From NCBI GenBank assembly GCA_051362555.1, contig CM120643.1, positions 15,660,644 to 15,724,643 on the forward strand: a stretch of DNA of 64,000 nt. The letters are read 5' to 3'. Within the stretch, counting starts at the first letter, position 1, and each line of letters starts with the position of its first letter. Shown here piece by piece: positions 50,201 to 63,568 of this stretch. Source of the DNA: Lingula anatina. Lineage: Eukaryota > Animalia > Brachiopoda. The position numbers and the translations under genes were made by a program. The notes below the pieces were generated by a model. It worked only from the letters and a program-made list of their open reading frames with translations. It ran no database searches and was not told the origin of the DNA.

Positions 50201-51269
50201 TGATAGCGAATCTTGGGGAGGAAAGCTTGCCACTTTTACCTTTGTTTGAATTAAGCCTGGTCTTCGTTACAGCGGCGAGAACAATTTTAGCGTGGCGATT
50301 TTAATACTCTTAATTCTAGTTCAGAAACACACGTATAGTTTATGTCGAAAAGCTATTTATAACAGTCTTCGAGGGAGCATAGGGGAGTCTAATCATTTTG
50401 AATTTTGATTAATTTTGGTTGATTTTTATCATCAAAATCCAGCCTTTCATGTGTATATCTGATAACTATTGTTAAAAAAAAGCAAGTTTAGAAGTGTAAG
50501 TGTGCAGTCACCCTGTTTTAAAACTATTATTCCAAAGGGGAAATAACTCTGCTGGTTACCAACAACATTGCATGATAGATTACAAGTATAATATTTTTAC
50601 ATTTTGCTGAATATACATAATTTTTAAAAAATTCCCAGTAGCATCAAATATAGAATATAAAGAAGATGTGCATTTTTGACCTTCCTAAAATAATCTTAGT
50701 TGATAAGTTCTATTCAAAAGTATAAATTAATCACTGTAAGCACTGTTAATAATTAATGTTGAGTAAGCCTCCTGTCGGTTTTAATATCGTAACCCATTGA
50801 TTGCATCGCACACAAAGCATCCTTGCTCGAGTTGGTTTTTCTTTGTTTTTTGTTTTGAAGTCAAATTAGAACAAGTTTATTAAGTGTTTAAGAGAATGAG
50901 CAACGTAAAGCCATTAATTTTTATTAGACAGATGAATATATTATTTTATTTTTGTTATATTTTCACAGACGTTTTTGGCATGGGTTACTGGTTTAAAATA
51001 ATAATAATCCCCTATACATAAGTGACACTCTCCATTGATGTTATGTATAAAATAAAACCTAACATCTTTTTTTTTAATCACCTGATGAGCAAGTGTTAGG
51101 GAGTATTTTTCTATGAACTTAAAAAGAAAAACTTAGCAATATGTGGCACGAGGTTCACTTAAAATCATCACAGTGGACAAAATCCCAGTCACTTGTGACA
51201 ATAATTAAGCATCTTTTTTTAAAGAAAAAATTCTTTATTTCAGTGGTACGGTCTCAACTTTCTACTCAC

Positions 51270-51391
51270 CCGTACGGGTAGGCGGCCATCATGGTCGGGT
51301 CGTAAGGGTAACACAGAGCAGCGGCAGCGGCTTGCTGATTCATGGTTCTCCATGCCTCTGCTGCGTCCTTTAAGTTCAAGCCGTGGGCAGC
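51270..51391 (-). CDS. Irx: Irx coding exon 3 (AAHGLNLKDAAEAWRTMNQQAAAAALCYPYDPTMMAAYPYG)
   Basis: Acceptor TTTCTCATTTCTGCAG|, donor GG|GTGAGT. 122 nt, phase 0 in and phase 2 out, matching exons 2 and 4. YPYDP..YPYG is Irx-like. Not in the ORF track. Confidence 0.9.
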
Positions 51392-54125
51392 CTGCAGAAA
51401 TGAGAAAAAACAAACCTTGTGCTAGTGAAATCGTGCTGAATGATGAGGCAGCATTTGGTTTTGTATTTTTATCTATTTTGATATTATTTAAAAATGTCTT
51501 TGACTACAATGTGGACATGCAATTGAATTGAATTGAATCACACAAGCACAGTCCAGAAATATATACAAAAAATTTAATAATTTCAAATATTAGAAAAGGA
51601 AATAAATATATTTTGTTATTTCATAGTTGATCTCGAAATTATCAATTTTAAAGAGTTTATTATCTATCCACATCTATCATGACGATCAAAATTCATGAGT
51701 GCTGACACTTCGAAATAGACTGTTTTTAAAATTCCACAGCTCAACATTTTTCAATTGTTTGCAATTTAAACGTAGTATTTATGTCATCAAGTATCTTTCC
51801 TCTACAGGAAAGAATTACACTCCGAATTGATAATGATATGTTGGAAGACTTAGGTTTATATAGGGTATTCCATTGTAGCAGCGCCTAGATTACTTGGTTA
51901 ATTCTGTCACGTCACCCTGACGCTGCTGTATCGAATTACTTTTCAAACATGAAATCAACCTATTTAGAATCGTAGATTTTATTTAAATGGGAAGAAATTC
52001 CATCTACGTTCATAAAGATCTGAGTAAGCATTTTCTGTTGCCATTCTATTTTCCTGAAGTTAACCTCGCGTTAAATTTCTATATGTAGAAGTGCCACTAT
52101 CTAACTAACAAATTGTTTGTTTGATTACATGACATCAAAACTTAGCTTACACTGAATAATTTCCCCTGCTTTTGTTTAGCTTTTTTGCACCTGTTTTTAA
52201 ATTGCAATAGTTTTCGAAATTTCAACCGTCCTATTACCTAGTTTTAACACAGTATATTAATCTGACCTTGAAGAAAAATCTACAGTCGCCAAATATTTTC
52301 CATGTAAAATTCTTCAGATAGTCCTCAAGCTAACAAATCTGCCTGCCCGATTTAACCTGCAGCCAAATTAATAACAACTTGGTATCTAATGGAAATATTA
52401 TCGTTAGTTTATAGGTGGTTCGTGGGTTCCAAGTACGAAAAATCTATACCACCAGGCTAACCTGCACTATCAAACAACAAGTAGGATAAAAAAAGCTATA
52501 AATATTTCAGTCTGGCTCGTGACGGACCGGGGTGGGCCTGGCGTTGTGACTTAATTCGCTCCACACAGCCCTGCTATGGTCAGTTTAATTTCACTAATAG
52601 GGGGATGCCTACAGTACCCACAGTGTTGGTTAATTCAGTGCAAAATAAGAACATTTAAGACGTCTGACAAATTTTAACTTGTATATAAAGTCCTAGCATT
52701 TTAAAAAAATTACTTAGCATAGGCATAGCTTTTCTTTATATTCCAGTACACTGTTGATTGTGTAGCGCAGGTTATAGCCTAGTTTGGGCTCGGTGGTGTT
52801 TATATTCATCTCAAAAAGCTGTATTTAAAAGAACAACAAACTAAACAACTATTTATACGTCTCCATTTGTGAGTCTTTACCCTTCAACAGTGATTCAAAT
52901 AGCAGTACGTTTTAAACTTTCCTAAAATATTTTTTCTGTTTAGTTTCAAGCACAAAGCTTTTTTTCCTATATATAAATATTTATCAGTAATTAACATTCA
53001 GAAATTATAGCAAAATAATATTACTATACGCTGAGCAACAAGACTTATCAGCTTATGAATAGGCGGATAAATTTTGAACAATTTTTTTCCAACATGACTC
53101 TTTCTACTGTTTTTTTTAGCAGAGACTGGGTTTTAGCTTTTGACCTAGGTAAGACACTTTCCAGACTAAATTCGCATGGTTAATAAACCGCTGGGACATA
53201 CCTACAGGCATGGACATTATCGGCCAAGATCCCAGCACTGCGGAGGGCCCAGGATCCATTTTTATGTTTCTTTTGTATTCAGTGAAAGTACCGAATAAGT
53301 GACATTGTTAGCCCCAAGGGCTTACGCGAGTGCCACACAAAAATAATAGAATAAAATGAGAATATAAAGACTTTTAAAGTGATATATTTTCCCTAACTTT
53401 CTTTTCTTTTCCCTCCTATTTTTCTCCATAACTCTTAATCAGTATACACAGAGTTGTAGGGGAAGACGTCACGAAAAAGCTGTTAAATCTGGAAAGAGGA
53501 AATAAATTTTCTTAACTTTCCACGCCGGTGAAAACGGGAGTCGAAGGATGGTGAAAATGAAAAATAGCCAGCTTTCACCCTCATACCAGATCTTTCGGCG
53601 CCTGCCTGCCTTGCCGCCATGTTGTAAGCGTGAAGTCCATGTTACGTATAATAGTGAACTGCCATACGAAAAAACATGGACTCTTGTGCGTGCAAGCTTT
53701 TACTACTCACAGTTTGAACCTCACAACAGCATACAAGCCACGAGCTAGCACCTACTATTTACAAGCTTAGCTAGTAAATTCCACTACTTCGTTGGACTTG
53801 AATTAATAAGAACAATCTAGTATTCCCATCATAAATCAGTTTTGCCTAGTTAAAAAAAAGAAACCTGAATTTTTAACCCTTCCTTCTCTTGGTCTGAAGT
53901 ACAGTGCCGTACATATACACTGGCACCCACACTGTGTGTGGGGTTTGTCTTGCCTGATCATTTCACAGAGTTCGTTTTTCCTGTTGTTGTACAAAATACA
54001 CGAAGGCTTCAGACAACATAATTAAAGAAGCTTGATGGTAGTTGAGATATGGACATTATTCCACCAGCATTTACCCGCGCCCGGATATCAGGTTAATACA
54101 GCTAATAAAGTCATCATTCTAAATA

Positions 54126-54308
54126 TCCGCTGGCAAACCGACGGCCATGTTGTTGTTTTAAAAAACGGAGGGAGCGTAGAAAATTTAAGGATATATCGGC
54201 ACGCACTTGAACAACACAGTACCCTGCTTGGTTAACACAGCCAAAGCTACCCCTTTACCTAAACGTCCGCCAGCAAAACGACGGCCATGTTGTTGTTTTA
54301 AAAAAGGG
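54126..54308. repeat. About 43-bp direct repeat, two copies 140 bp apart, at the start of intron 2
   Basis: TCCGCTGGCAAACCGACGGCCATGTTGTTGTTTTAAAAAACGG (54126) and TCCGCCAGCAAAACGACGGCCATGTTGTTGTTTTAAAAAAGGG (54266). Confidence 0.9.
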
Positions 54309-54345
54309 TACTATTCGGAAAATTGACTATATAAAGATAACGTAC

Positions 54346-54696
54346 CAGTGGCGAGTAAAATGCTGAGGGGTCTGCTAGGGGGTACATTCCCTGTGCTGCG
54401 GCGGCGTACGCTGCCGACGTGTACATGGTCTCTGGGGTCAGGCCCGCCACACGGGGGTACGTGATAAGACTGGGGTTGTACTGGCACGAGCAGATCGTCT
54501 GCCCCGTGTGGGGATCAGTCACTATCGGCCGCCCGTTCTGGCAACAAGGGGGTGACGAGGTGTGAGACCCTCCCCCTCCTCCTCCTCCTCCTCCTCCGGT
54601 AGAGCCCGGCGTCCCTCCTGCTCCGGTCCCAGGTCCTCCTACCCCAGCTGGCGTAGACGTAGACACCGACGACGTCACAACGGCCGGGAACTGAAG
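54346..54696 (-). CDS. Irx: Irx coding exon 2 (Gly10 tract; conserved CCQNGRPIVTDPHTGQTICSCQY motif; ends PSAFYSPL)
   Basis: Within ORF 54298..54888. Acceptor ...CCACTTCAG| at 54696 (alternative at 54690), donor CTG|GTACGT, phase 0/0. The Cys motif resembles the N-terminal conserved box of protostome Irx proteins such as Drosophila Ara/Caup/Mirr. Confidence 0.92.
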
Positions 54697-55340
54697 CTGA
54701 AGTGGCAAAGAACAACAAGGCCATACCAATGGGATCTTCATGTATTTTTGAAATAAAACACGTTGCAAAAAATAGAACATGACATTAGGAAAACAACCGG
54801 GGGGCTTTGACGATGATTTGATGACCGGTAGAGATGCTTGTTGTACACTTCGAACAATACCCCTTTTTTGTTTCAGACACACTGACATTATATTAACTGA
54901 CTCTATCTCTGCTCAGACAAACAGGACAGGCAATGAAATTAAAACGCAATCTTGGTCGAGCTACTGATAATCAACAATCTTTATCGGTTTGTTCATTACC
55001 CATCAAAGGCATCTAAACAGCTATCGCTATAAATATTAAATTCTCTATAATGAAGCTGCGAGGTGAGAGGGAAAGTGGATTAAAGACCCCTGAATGGTAA
55101 AATTAACGCGATCTTTTAACTTTTAATACGAGACCTCGCCAGCAAGGTTGCGCGCTAAACTAAGCCTGCTACATTTAGCACATTTCATTGGGATTGTGTG
55201 TAATAGTAACAGCGTAGCACGGCGGTCCTCGCCGAGCGCTGACTGCCTGGCTGACCTATTGAAAAGACACCTTAACGGTGCTTGATCAGAGTCGGTGAGA
55301 TGAAAGTGTTAAGGTTGTCGAGAAAGGGTAGTTACCGTAC

Positions 55341-55406
55341 CTGGGGTGCCGAGAGAGTGCTTGACGCGACGGGCGGTAGAGAGTACCCCAGCGGCGGGTA
55401 GGACAT
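55341..55406 (-). CDS. Irx: Iroquois homeobox gene, coding exon 1 (MSYPPLGYSLPPVASSTLSAPQ)
   Basis: Manual translation: ATG at 55406, 22 codons, ends CAG|GTACGG (phase 0). MSYP..GY is the typical Irx N-terminus and joins exon 2 in frame. Not in the ORF track (too short). Confidence 0.85.
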
Positions 55407-56160
55407 AATACTACAGCTCGCCGCCCGTGAACTCCTCGCTCGCCTCTTTTTTCCTTCCCCTTTCTCTCAGTTATTACTCCTTGCCCTTAACGATGATTGC
55501 ACCACAGAAGGGGTTCGGGATATGGAATCTGCGGAATAAAGTTTTTTCCTTCTAGCGTTTTGCACCGGGGTCGGTCCCAGCCACGCAGGTTAAATCCACA
55601 ACGCTTGTCTGTTTTGGTGCTCGACCCTCGATAGGGTGCATGTAGAAAAATGAAAGAAACCGGGTGTTTGGCTTGTTCGAGGCCGAGAGGTCAAAAGACA
55701 CACTGAGATACGAGATCCGGGAAAACAACTCTGAGGCTTTCAGCTGGGATGAGATCCCTCCATCAGAACCTAACCGGCGGGGATACCGCAGTACGAGGAG
55801 AAGTTGTAGATTTTAAAAGTAAACGTCTTAATCAGCCGCCGCGTCCAGTACATTAGTCCACTGCTCCCGTAGTATGTCCACTCTTGGTCAGTCCGAGCGA
55901 GACCTGTTGTTGTAGTTAAGTTAATGCATTTTTGGAGTGGGCACTATTCGTAGTAACAGCACTCGACCAAAGTTAAGTTAAAGATTGACATCCCTTGACA
56001 CGAGAGGCTCATTTTAGTGTAATGTCATGACGAACCTCATGCGCAGTTACTGCCCTCTGACATTTCCGTCCGACCCCGTGCTCTGTTTGATAAATTAGAA
56101 GCCCAGGTGGGCATGTTCAACGGCTCCTAATTTGCATACTGCTATCTTAATAATTATTCG
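55407..56160 (-). promoter_or_regulatory. Irx 5' UTR and proximal promoter region (TSS not determinable)
   Basis: GC/CpG-richer sequence directly upstream of the ATG; octamer ATTTGCAT at about 56130; no clear TATA box. Confidence 0.45.
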
Positions 56161-58217
56161 ATTTTTACAATCAGAATGAGAGGGTAGAATGAATGAAACG
56201 ACGTGATTGTTTTGATGTTTCAGAGAATTTCACTCAAATGTTTATAAAAAAGGATTTTACCTATCTAAGAAACATAACTTCTTATCCTTCCAATAATATG
56301 CCCTTCTGCACGTACAAGATTGAATGACTGTAAGCCAATAATATCCTTAGTTTATGTTACGCGTTAAAACACAGATTAAGTGATGGGGGTCCGTCATGTA
56401 TTAACAATTTATCTCCGTGTTTTGATTGGATGAAAGAAATTAGGTGAAACATTATCACTGATGTTGTCAGTCAGAGCAGAAGGTGAAACGAGACTAGTTC
56501 CCCGCGACAAAAGGTTCCGAGCCATTTGTCAGTCATTATAATTTACAAGCTCGGCTAAGACAGGACGAACCTATGTCGCCTGATGATGTATATGTCTCGG
56601 TTTTTCTATTGCAAACTAAAATTGTTCACAAAAATCGTTTTGTTTTGCTAAGGGACTTGAATGCATTCTTGTTAACCACTCGGGGAAGTTGTTTTCTCAA
56701 AATAAAACCTATCAAATTCCCGCATTTTAAAAATGCGATACATCGCTCCACTGTACTGTCTACAGTTAACGTCTGTTCGACCGAACAGCCGTCATTTTTC
56801 TAACCGCCAATTCTTATATCAACCCACTTTCCATTTTTATTTCTTATATTTAGATACAAAAACTTCGCCGGGAAAGGCGTTGAATCAAGTAATATTTCAG
56901 TTGAACTACTGCAGGCTACAGGACTTAGGACTGGCAACCCGTTAAGAAGAAAGCCCCTTACGTGAATGGAAGTCATAAAGATTTACCAGCTATTGCCGGA
57001 CCCGGCGTTCTCAGTTTAATTAACAATGGTTAATGGAAGAAGAAATGACCAGCGGACGCCACAAGACAGTAGCGGTCATCAGCACGTGAGCATTAATTAA
57101 GATCTCCGTGTTAACGACTGCTTGCAAGGTAAATACCATTAAAAATTCAACTGCGAACTTTAAATATACTATATTTTCGTGCTATTGTCGCACTAGTGTC
57201 CCATGTGCAAGCTTCAGCTAGGATCACACGGTTTTGCTGGGATAGCATTACAGCAGGGTTCGACATGGAGGACGGCAGGGAATAGATTATGCAATCTTAT
57301 AGTGCAACTGTCAGGGTAAATTTTGGCGGAATATGAACACACTTCGCGGAGGGTTGTTTAGATGAAGACATTGACATCTGGGTATTTCTTCCCACATGTT
57401 TCTATCAGTTATCAGAATTGAACTTGGTGAACTTTCTCAAGGCTAAGGTATACTTTTCATTTTTTTCTCAATTTTCAACTTATTGAGTTTGCGGCAGGTA
57501 AAATAAGCAAGTTCGTTATTTTACTGACATCATTGTCGTTGATGATGTATTTGTTGTATATTCAAGAGAATTACATGTGCATATATTGAGAGAAGGCTAG
57601 ATTGTGATCAGTGATTATTTTCATACCACTTTTAATAAACAATCGTTCATCTTATTATTTTTACACTTGGTCGTTCCACAATTTTAATATAATCATATTC
57701 ATAAACATAATTGAAATTCCTTTCGTTAATAACAAGCTAAGATCAAAGGAGACAAATATACAAAATCTTAACTGACAAATAAATTATTCCAAATAAAATA
57801 TTTAGCCTCTGCGCTGCCTTCTGTCAGCCTTAGTGGCGACATTTGATAGGTGCATTAACAACTTCCTCTAAAAACTGAGAGCACACCATAGTGAAGCATT
57901 TCTTGTTTAGGAGAATATACGAGCTAAAAATATAATACATGAGAGGTTAATTTAGGTTTGTCAAAGAAAAATTATCGTTTTGAAATTATTAAGCAATTCT
58001 ACATTTCTATTTTACTTTGTTGTAAACTCATAAATTATTGATATGCTCACCAAGATCTGAAGAGCCGACGGATTTAGGGGGAGATTTTATCTTAGTCATT
58101 TCTTTGCTGCTATGTTATTTGATTATCCAACCGACCTTGTAGTAATCTAAAGGACCCATCTTAATGCCTGCGGTCCTCTTCTTTACCCCTCCTTTTTACA
58201 TACCTACCTCTCCTTTC

Positions 58218-58219
58218 AT

Positions 58220-58250
<31 letters not shown>

Positions 58251-58283
58251 TTTGTTTGAAAAAGAATTTATTTATTTATTTAG
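58218..58283. repeat. (TTTA)n tract, with local duplication of GTTTGAAAAAGAAT
   Basis: Direct read. Confidence 0.85.
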
Positions 58284-61200
58284 TTATTTTGTTCGTTTGA
58301 AAAAGAATATTTGAACCTTAGTCAGATACTTCAACCAGGTCAGTTGTAATGATAACATTATGAACAATAATAGATTTGAAAAAAATTAATACCGAAATTA
58401 TGATATTGAAGACGTATGTGTGCGTTTTTTGTTGAATGGTAAATTAATCCACTGTAATTAGAAGTAATATTACTGTCAAGGTTTCTGAATTCCTGTCACA
58501 CAGTGGGATCATATTTTATGGACACTGTATATATATTCATTGATTTTGCATAGAAATATGGAGCGGTCATAATGCGATGGTAACTTGATCCATTATTTAT
58601 ACCTTGCTTTATTTTGCCATGTTCGAAACGTAATGCCACGAATGAACAGAAACAGAAATTTGAAGGCCATTAATCCGACGTCATTTATATTTAAAAAGCT
58701 ACCTTGACGTGACTGTTCATTTTTTCTCTGAAATAATTATCAGGTACAAAGTTCGGGCATGGCGAGATTATACGTCTCCCTGTGTAATTATTTCTATTTG
58801 CTAGTTTGTTGACAAAACTAGTCTATTTCTATTCCGTATAATGATATTCATTTTTTCTGGTATATCTGTCATATTGAGGCTGGGGCTGGGAACACAAACT
58901 GCAACAACAACACTGGCGTGTTCTCTGGACATGAGAAAAAGTGGCCATAACCCCTCCCCCTTCCCCCGACCAGGATTATTCACCGAATTATATTTGTTGA
59001 TTTTAAAATAATTTATTTTCGCTACAGACTTAAATTATATTTAACTATTATGATTTGAAATTGTCAGGTCATTTAAAAAATCTTATTTTACTATTTGCCA
59101 CTTTTGTTTGTGCACCATACACGTAACATGAGGCTATCACTCTTTGTAATTTTTTTTTATTTCTTAAATTTATTTATAATCCCTTAGACCTAATCACGCT
59201 ACTCGGTAGTGATAAGATAAGATATGCCATTTATTTTGGTATTCAGATGAAAAATAGCGCCATCAGATAATATAGTCAAGGCGGATTTTTGTAGTCCTAA
59301 ACAAATGATGATAAGAAAGAAATATATGATTTACCCTCATGTGCAGCGTAAGTTTTATCCTTCATCAAGGCAATTATCCCATTATTTCTTTTTTCTTCCA
59401 CTTTACGCCCATAAACAGACAAGAGTTTGCCCGGACCACCCATTCAGCTTCTTTATGTTTATGGGGCCAATTTCTGAGTAAATTACTGGCAATACAATCA
59501 TTGCTCAAAAAATACATGTCAATCATTGTGCCAGTATCCCCGCCGGTTATATATTAAAATAAATATTTCGTAAAAGTAGAAAACCATACAAACTACTTAA
59601 ATTAAGGAAGAAGAGGCTAGTAAAAGTTAGTTCGACTGCACGAAGAAGGTGGTCATTACCTGCAACGTCAGATCTATTCCCATTTGGGTGTAAGACAATG
59701 GTAGGTTGAATTTTATTATTATTATTATTATTTGTAAACATTTCATGTATTTTATTCAAACCTGGTATTTTGGGCGCTGACGTTCTTAGTGTTATTGGGC
59801 CGGTGCTGAGCAATATGTCATTCATATATATAAATAATATCTCGCTTATGAATTTTATAGAGAATTAAAGTTTGATTTCATAATTCTGATAAAAAGACAC
59901 AGGTCAGTTTTAAAAGTTCTCAAACATCGAGTAGATGACTATCATTTGTGTCTCTGACCATCTGGGGAAGGGTGTTCGTGAAACAAGCAGTTCGTCCTTG
60001 ACGCTCATCGATCACGTATTAGACTCTTAAACAGAATTCACACCGAAAGAATCTCATTTGTTTTCATCTCTCTGTGGAATTGTTCAGATTGCTGAAGCAC
60101 AGTGCATGGTTTTTGTTCGCGTCGAGTTTATGGCGGACTATAAAAAAATAAAATATTAGACGTCATGACAATGTTGTTTTAACTGTTCGTTTTCAACTAT
60201 TTCCTTCGGCGTATACAAACCCAAATAATTTTCTTTTGGTAAAAAAGATAAAAAGTGAATGATTGCATAAAAAGAATGTTGTCAAACTTAAAAAACAGGC
60301 TAACAAATAATATCATAATATACTCCCTCGCATACTCCCAACATAAGTCTGATTTTAGTAGGTTATACGGACCACTAAACGCGCTCTTCGAATATATATT
60401 TTTTGTATCATTTTTCACCGACAAATCTGCAGAACCGAGAACCTCTCCTTTTGCGCACTACTACCATACAATGCTGAATAGCAAGGCAACTCGTGTTCTC
60501 TTATCGATCACGTTGGTCAGCGATTGGTGGTCAGCTCTTCTGACCATGACCGTCCGACCTAAAGGCTGGTTGGCTGGTCAGCTGGTTGGGTTATCTTGGC
60601 TAGGTGGGGGTCACGTATTCTTGACCGGTCAGGCTCATCTGGGACTGGTCATCCTCTCCTTAAATTAGCGTCTCTCAAAGCTGTAACGACACAATTTCTC
60701 GCTCCCTTAATTTGATTTTAATGATAGCTCCCTAAATTAACACATCATCTACCGCAGTAGACATCACTGTGTATGCCGTGGAGTCTTTTTCTCTTTTATT
60801 TTGGACTAATTGAATTTTGATCGCTTATCTCTGGCTCTCAGCAGTTATGCATTTTGATGAGTCCGAAGCGTTTTGGTATTGAAATATAGTAATCAGGCAT
60901 TTTGTTCACGTAACTTGTGTTGGAAGATATGACAAAATTTGACAATTTTAAGAAAATGGTTACTTGTTTACTATTGAATGTATAGGCTTTAATAAGCTTA
61001 TAATTTCAAACCATTTCGTTTGATTTGTAGTGCAACTTATATTTCATTCGCTGAAATATTGATTACATTATTTTCGTGGTCAAACAGGCTGCTAGATTCT
61101 GTGTGTTTATTCATTTTTATTTTGGTATGTAAGATATTAGTTAAAAATATCACCTTTATTGCACCGGTGTTACAAACGCTTGTTATCACATTCTACACTG

Positions 61201-62694
61201 CGAATGTACTGATCTATAAGGGTAAAAATACACAGTTTGGTAATATTTACTGTAGTATTAGGTGCGTTTGATGAATATTACATATAATAAGTCAAAACAG
61301 ACAAACCGACAAAAATTAAACCCTGTTTCAAAAAGGGTTTGATTCATTGGCATGATGCTGCACGACCACAATCATATTATCGAACTGAAGGTAATTTTTT
61401 CCAAATTTACAATTGCAATACCATAGAAAGTTTGAAATATCTTTGAAAGTTTAAAAGTAAGATAGATATATGTTAAAACTCAAACGTCACTTTCTCAAAC
61501 ATCAGCACACACATTTAGCTCCATTTCAAAAGCTGTAACATTACCGCGTTACTCGACACCCCGTTGCCAGCTCTGCCAATACAACCAATGCTGAGACCAG
61601 CAGCACGTCTTTTCCGGGTTTTTAATTCGATTTTAATACTGTCTAATTGAATTAAGACCTGTGGTGACAATAAATGGATGACCTACTGACTAATTTTAAT
61701 TTATTTTGTCCGACCTGTCAATCAAACGTCTCGGAATGAAGAGACCGGGTATTTTGTGGGGCTATCGGTAAGTACTCAAGCTATAGAGTAGCACAAATAA
61801 TATAACGCTGTTTACGGTCCAACAGCCATTAACACTGCGAAAAATGATCCCTGGTAGAATTTAAAGGCGGCCTACTTCAGAATCGATTTCATGTAGTGCA
61901 GGGGAGCTTGCCTGGCTATGACGAAGCCTGATAGATAAAGAGGACATAAAAACAAAATTTTAAAAAATTAGAAGGAATTAAAAAAATTCGATGCGCCTTA
62001 CTGCAGATTTAATTGCGAATTCTTCTGTTGAAATGTTCTAAACCGAGAAAGAAATCAGATAATCACGGCGTGATAAATTATCTACTTTTAGATTTTATCA
62101 TGATCGAAGCGCCTCATCACAACGTTAATAAAATTACGATTTAAACGTTTTCAGTAGCACGGCTACAATCCTTCATAGAACAGCCACGCTTGGGCGACTA
62201 CACTGGGCTTGAACGAGGTCTACACGTCAACGAAGAATAGAAACCATCATAAAAGTAAATTAAAGAATAAAAAATTGCTTGCTAAGACATTAAAACATGA
62301 TACCACGGCGCGACGCCTTTATCTTACTTAGACTTGATAGTGATATACTGGCTTTTAATCCCAACATTCTGTCAGATAGGGAGTTCGTTTTTTCCTTTTA
62401 ACGAAAACCCACCCAGCTATTTTGATACTGTGTCAGTCATAAAGAAGAAACACGGACGGGAAGGGTATCGAAGTTTACCTTTGCCAAATTTGATATATTA
62501 TCCGTCTTCCGTCAAGTTATCCCGTCTTTTTTTCACCATTTTCTCTCCTCTCTCCGTCGTATCCTTGTTTCGTATAAAAGTGTATTGGTTCTTGCTAAGA
62601 ATAATGAATGTCAATAGATCAGGATCTGGGGTTAATTTAAGTTCTATGTGACCTCTGTGTGAAATGAGTAAAGTTCTATTTGACTGAGAAAACA

Positions 62695-62795
<101 letters not shown>

Positions 62796-63568
62796 ATACC
62801 CTGTACAAGCATTTATCAAAACATTGCATTATCCGGCCAAATTTTCGAATATTTGAATTTTTGTTTTATATACATCATACATATTGCAAATGTTGTTTAT
62901 AATGATAACAATTGAAATTCATAATATATTTTTAAAAAACTACTGTAAGCGAAATTCTTGCATCAAATTTTCAAAAAATAAAATATAATTAATTATAGCT
63001 GATGAATCCCCATGAAATTTCGTGCTAACTTTTAAGAAAAGTGTTCGCTGCTCGCAATTTGCCTAGAATGTCTTTTTTTTAATCTGAGAATAGACTGGTA
63101 AATATTCTTTAATCAAAACAAGAAAAGAAAAGCTTAATGAAACTTTACAGTGTGACTAATGTATGAAAATGTGATTTCGATCAAAGGCGTCACGGTTCAG
63201 GGCTAATAAACTCCCTTGACGAAGGGTTAAAAAAGAGCCCGTTAAACAAGAAAATTTGCTTTGCTTTGAAAAGTAATCTGTAGTCAGATGGAATTTTTTG
63301 CTTATTTTATCCAAAAATTGAGGTTGACTGCCCAGGGTTTTGTTGTTGTTTTTTCTCCAAGGGGGGAGTAAACAAGTACAGCAAACGCCTGGCAATAAAA
63401 ACGATCTGGTTGTCTTCTGTTCAGCCTGGCTAACAGCTACCACAGAGCCGTGAATAAAGCTTTTGAGCTTTGGGGGTATTTATTTAAGACCTAGTTTGTT
63501 GGTCAGATGATGCTTTTAAGACAAGTTTACTGTTTGAATATATTTACCTTATCATTATACTTCCCCCC

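Noticed and set aside
54697-54888. ORF-track N-terminal extension of exon 2 as the true start
   Set aside because: Non-ATG start and intron-like sequence; a canonical MSYP exon exists at 55341-55406.
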